DNA from: Amphiscolops sp. MND2022
Taxonomy: Eukaryota
Assembly (NCBI GenBank): GCA_964187785.1
Contig: OZ076416.1
Location: forward strand, 16,802,001 to 16,866,000
Length of the DNA: 64,000 bases
Direction of reading: 5' to 3'
A program made the translations under genes and the position numbers. Every line of letters begins with the position of its first letter. The first letter of the stretch is position 1. The notes beneath the pieces were generated by a model that was not told the DNA's origin, searched no databases, and saw only the letters and a list, made by a program, of their open reading frames with translations. Positions 63,241 to 64,000 of this stretch are shown here, one piece after another.

Positions 63241-64000
63241 ATTAGGTGAGGAAAGTACTGAAAACACTGTAACACATTCACGGAAGGTAATAATTTGTTC
63301 TCAGAATGATGTGAGATCTGACGATTTCATAAAATCAATGTGGGGAAGCAATTAGTGATAGTGAAACTTGGGTATTTAACGGTTATTTGTGTTGATTGCC
63401 TCAATTCCCCATGTTGGAGATTTTTTTCTGGAGATTTGGTATTAAATTATAGCTTCAAACGGTATTTTAGGCCTCATCCCGTTTTTATTCGCGATCGTAG
63501 TGGGAGCTGGTCTTTGCGACGGTGAGGGCGAGCGTGCATACATCGCACATGCCCCACATTATATTTTCGCTTTCAGAACACATATTAGATCGTAAAGGGG
63601 TTAGACTAAGTTTTTTAGATAAAATTAGATCTGAAAGTTAGACCTAAAGTTAGCCCTAAATTAGATCTGAAAGTTAGATCTAATTCCATTAGACCTAATG
63701 AATTAGATCAAAGGCGTACACTCCTGTTGGTTTCACAGAGACTGTGTCAAATTTTCCCAGGAGGATGTGACCTGGCTTGGCTCCAAACCAAACATTCAAT
63801 GGATTTGTGATGTCTGCTTGGATAGCAATGATGAATGCTCATCTAACCCAACCGAAGCTAAGTTAACTTCTCTATTTATTGACTTTCATGAAAAATTATC
63901 CTCTTCTATTTCTGATCTTGTTCCTCAACTAATAAAAGAAACCATTCCTAGTATGCATGATAATGTCGAAGAAGCCGTTGCTAATTCATTTCCCTCTTAT
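62754..64000 (+). mobile_element. PHD-finger ORF (probably LINE ORF1) split by an 844-bp insertion; runs off the window end
   Basis: MATLPRS...CGAC...CSSCNCWF (62754-62879) joins HRDC...WICDVC (from 63734) in frame when the insertion and one CTGTTGGTTT copy are removed. Confidence 0.75.
62880..63723. mobile_element. Non-autonomous DNA element with 10-bp direct flanks and subterminal motif arrays
   Basis: CTGTTGGTTT at 62870-62879 and 63724-63733. GATCTAA-type motifs on the left, TTAGATC-type motifs on the right. Confidence 0.7.

Noticed and set aside
657-63525. Most short ORFs in the supplied six-frame track
   Set aside because: They are antisense or off-frame shadows of decayed elements, or chance ORFs in AT-rich repeats, with no motif support.

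Overview
AT-rich animal genomic DNA with no prokaryotic signature; the organism is unverified, although the repeat style recalls acoel genomes. Two host genes can be assembled from splice sites. One is an apparently intact five-exon, three-RRM ELAV/Hu-like gene (minus strand, 51087-61102, about 368 aa). The other is a class A GPCR (plus strand, 9081-35435) whose first intron is 24.4 kb and whose TM6 is broken by a MITE. Most of the rest is nested mobile DNA: several degenerate Ty3/Gypsy LTR elements, a DD35E Tc1 transposon inside a Gypsy protease, a hAT transposase relic, a RAG1/Transib-like transposase relic followed by a BRCT ORF, a LINE RT relic and several MITEs. The Gypsy elements share an unusual design: the Gag ORF starts 130-190 codons inside the LTR and reads through the PBS, an antisense zinc-finger gene with splice signals follows pol, and a conserved sense CxxC ORF lies just before the PPT. 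Inside one LTR-bounded interval is an antisense, intron-containing zinc-finger plus KDM2/KDM7-type JmjC demethylase pseudogene. All alignments and translations were done by eye; no database searches were run.
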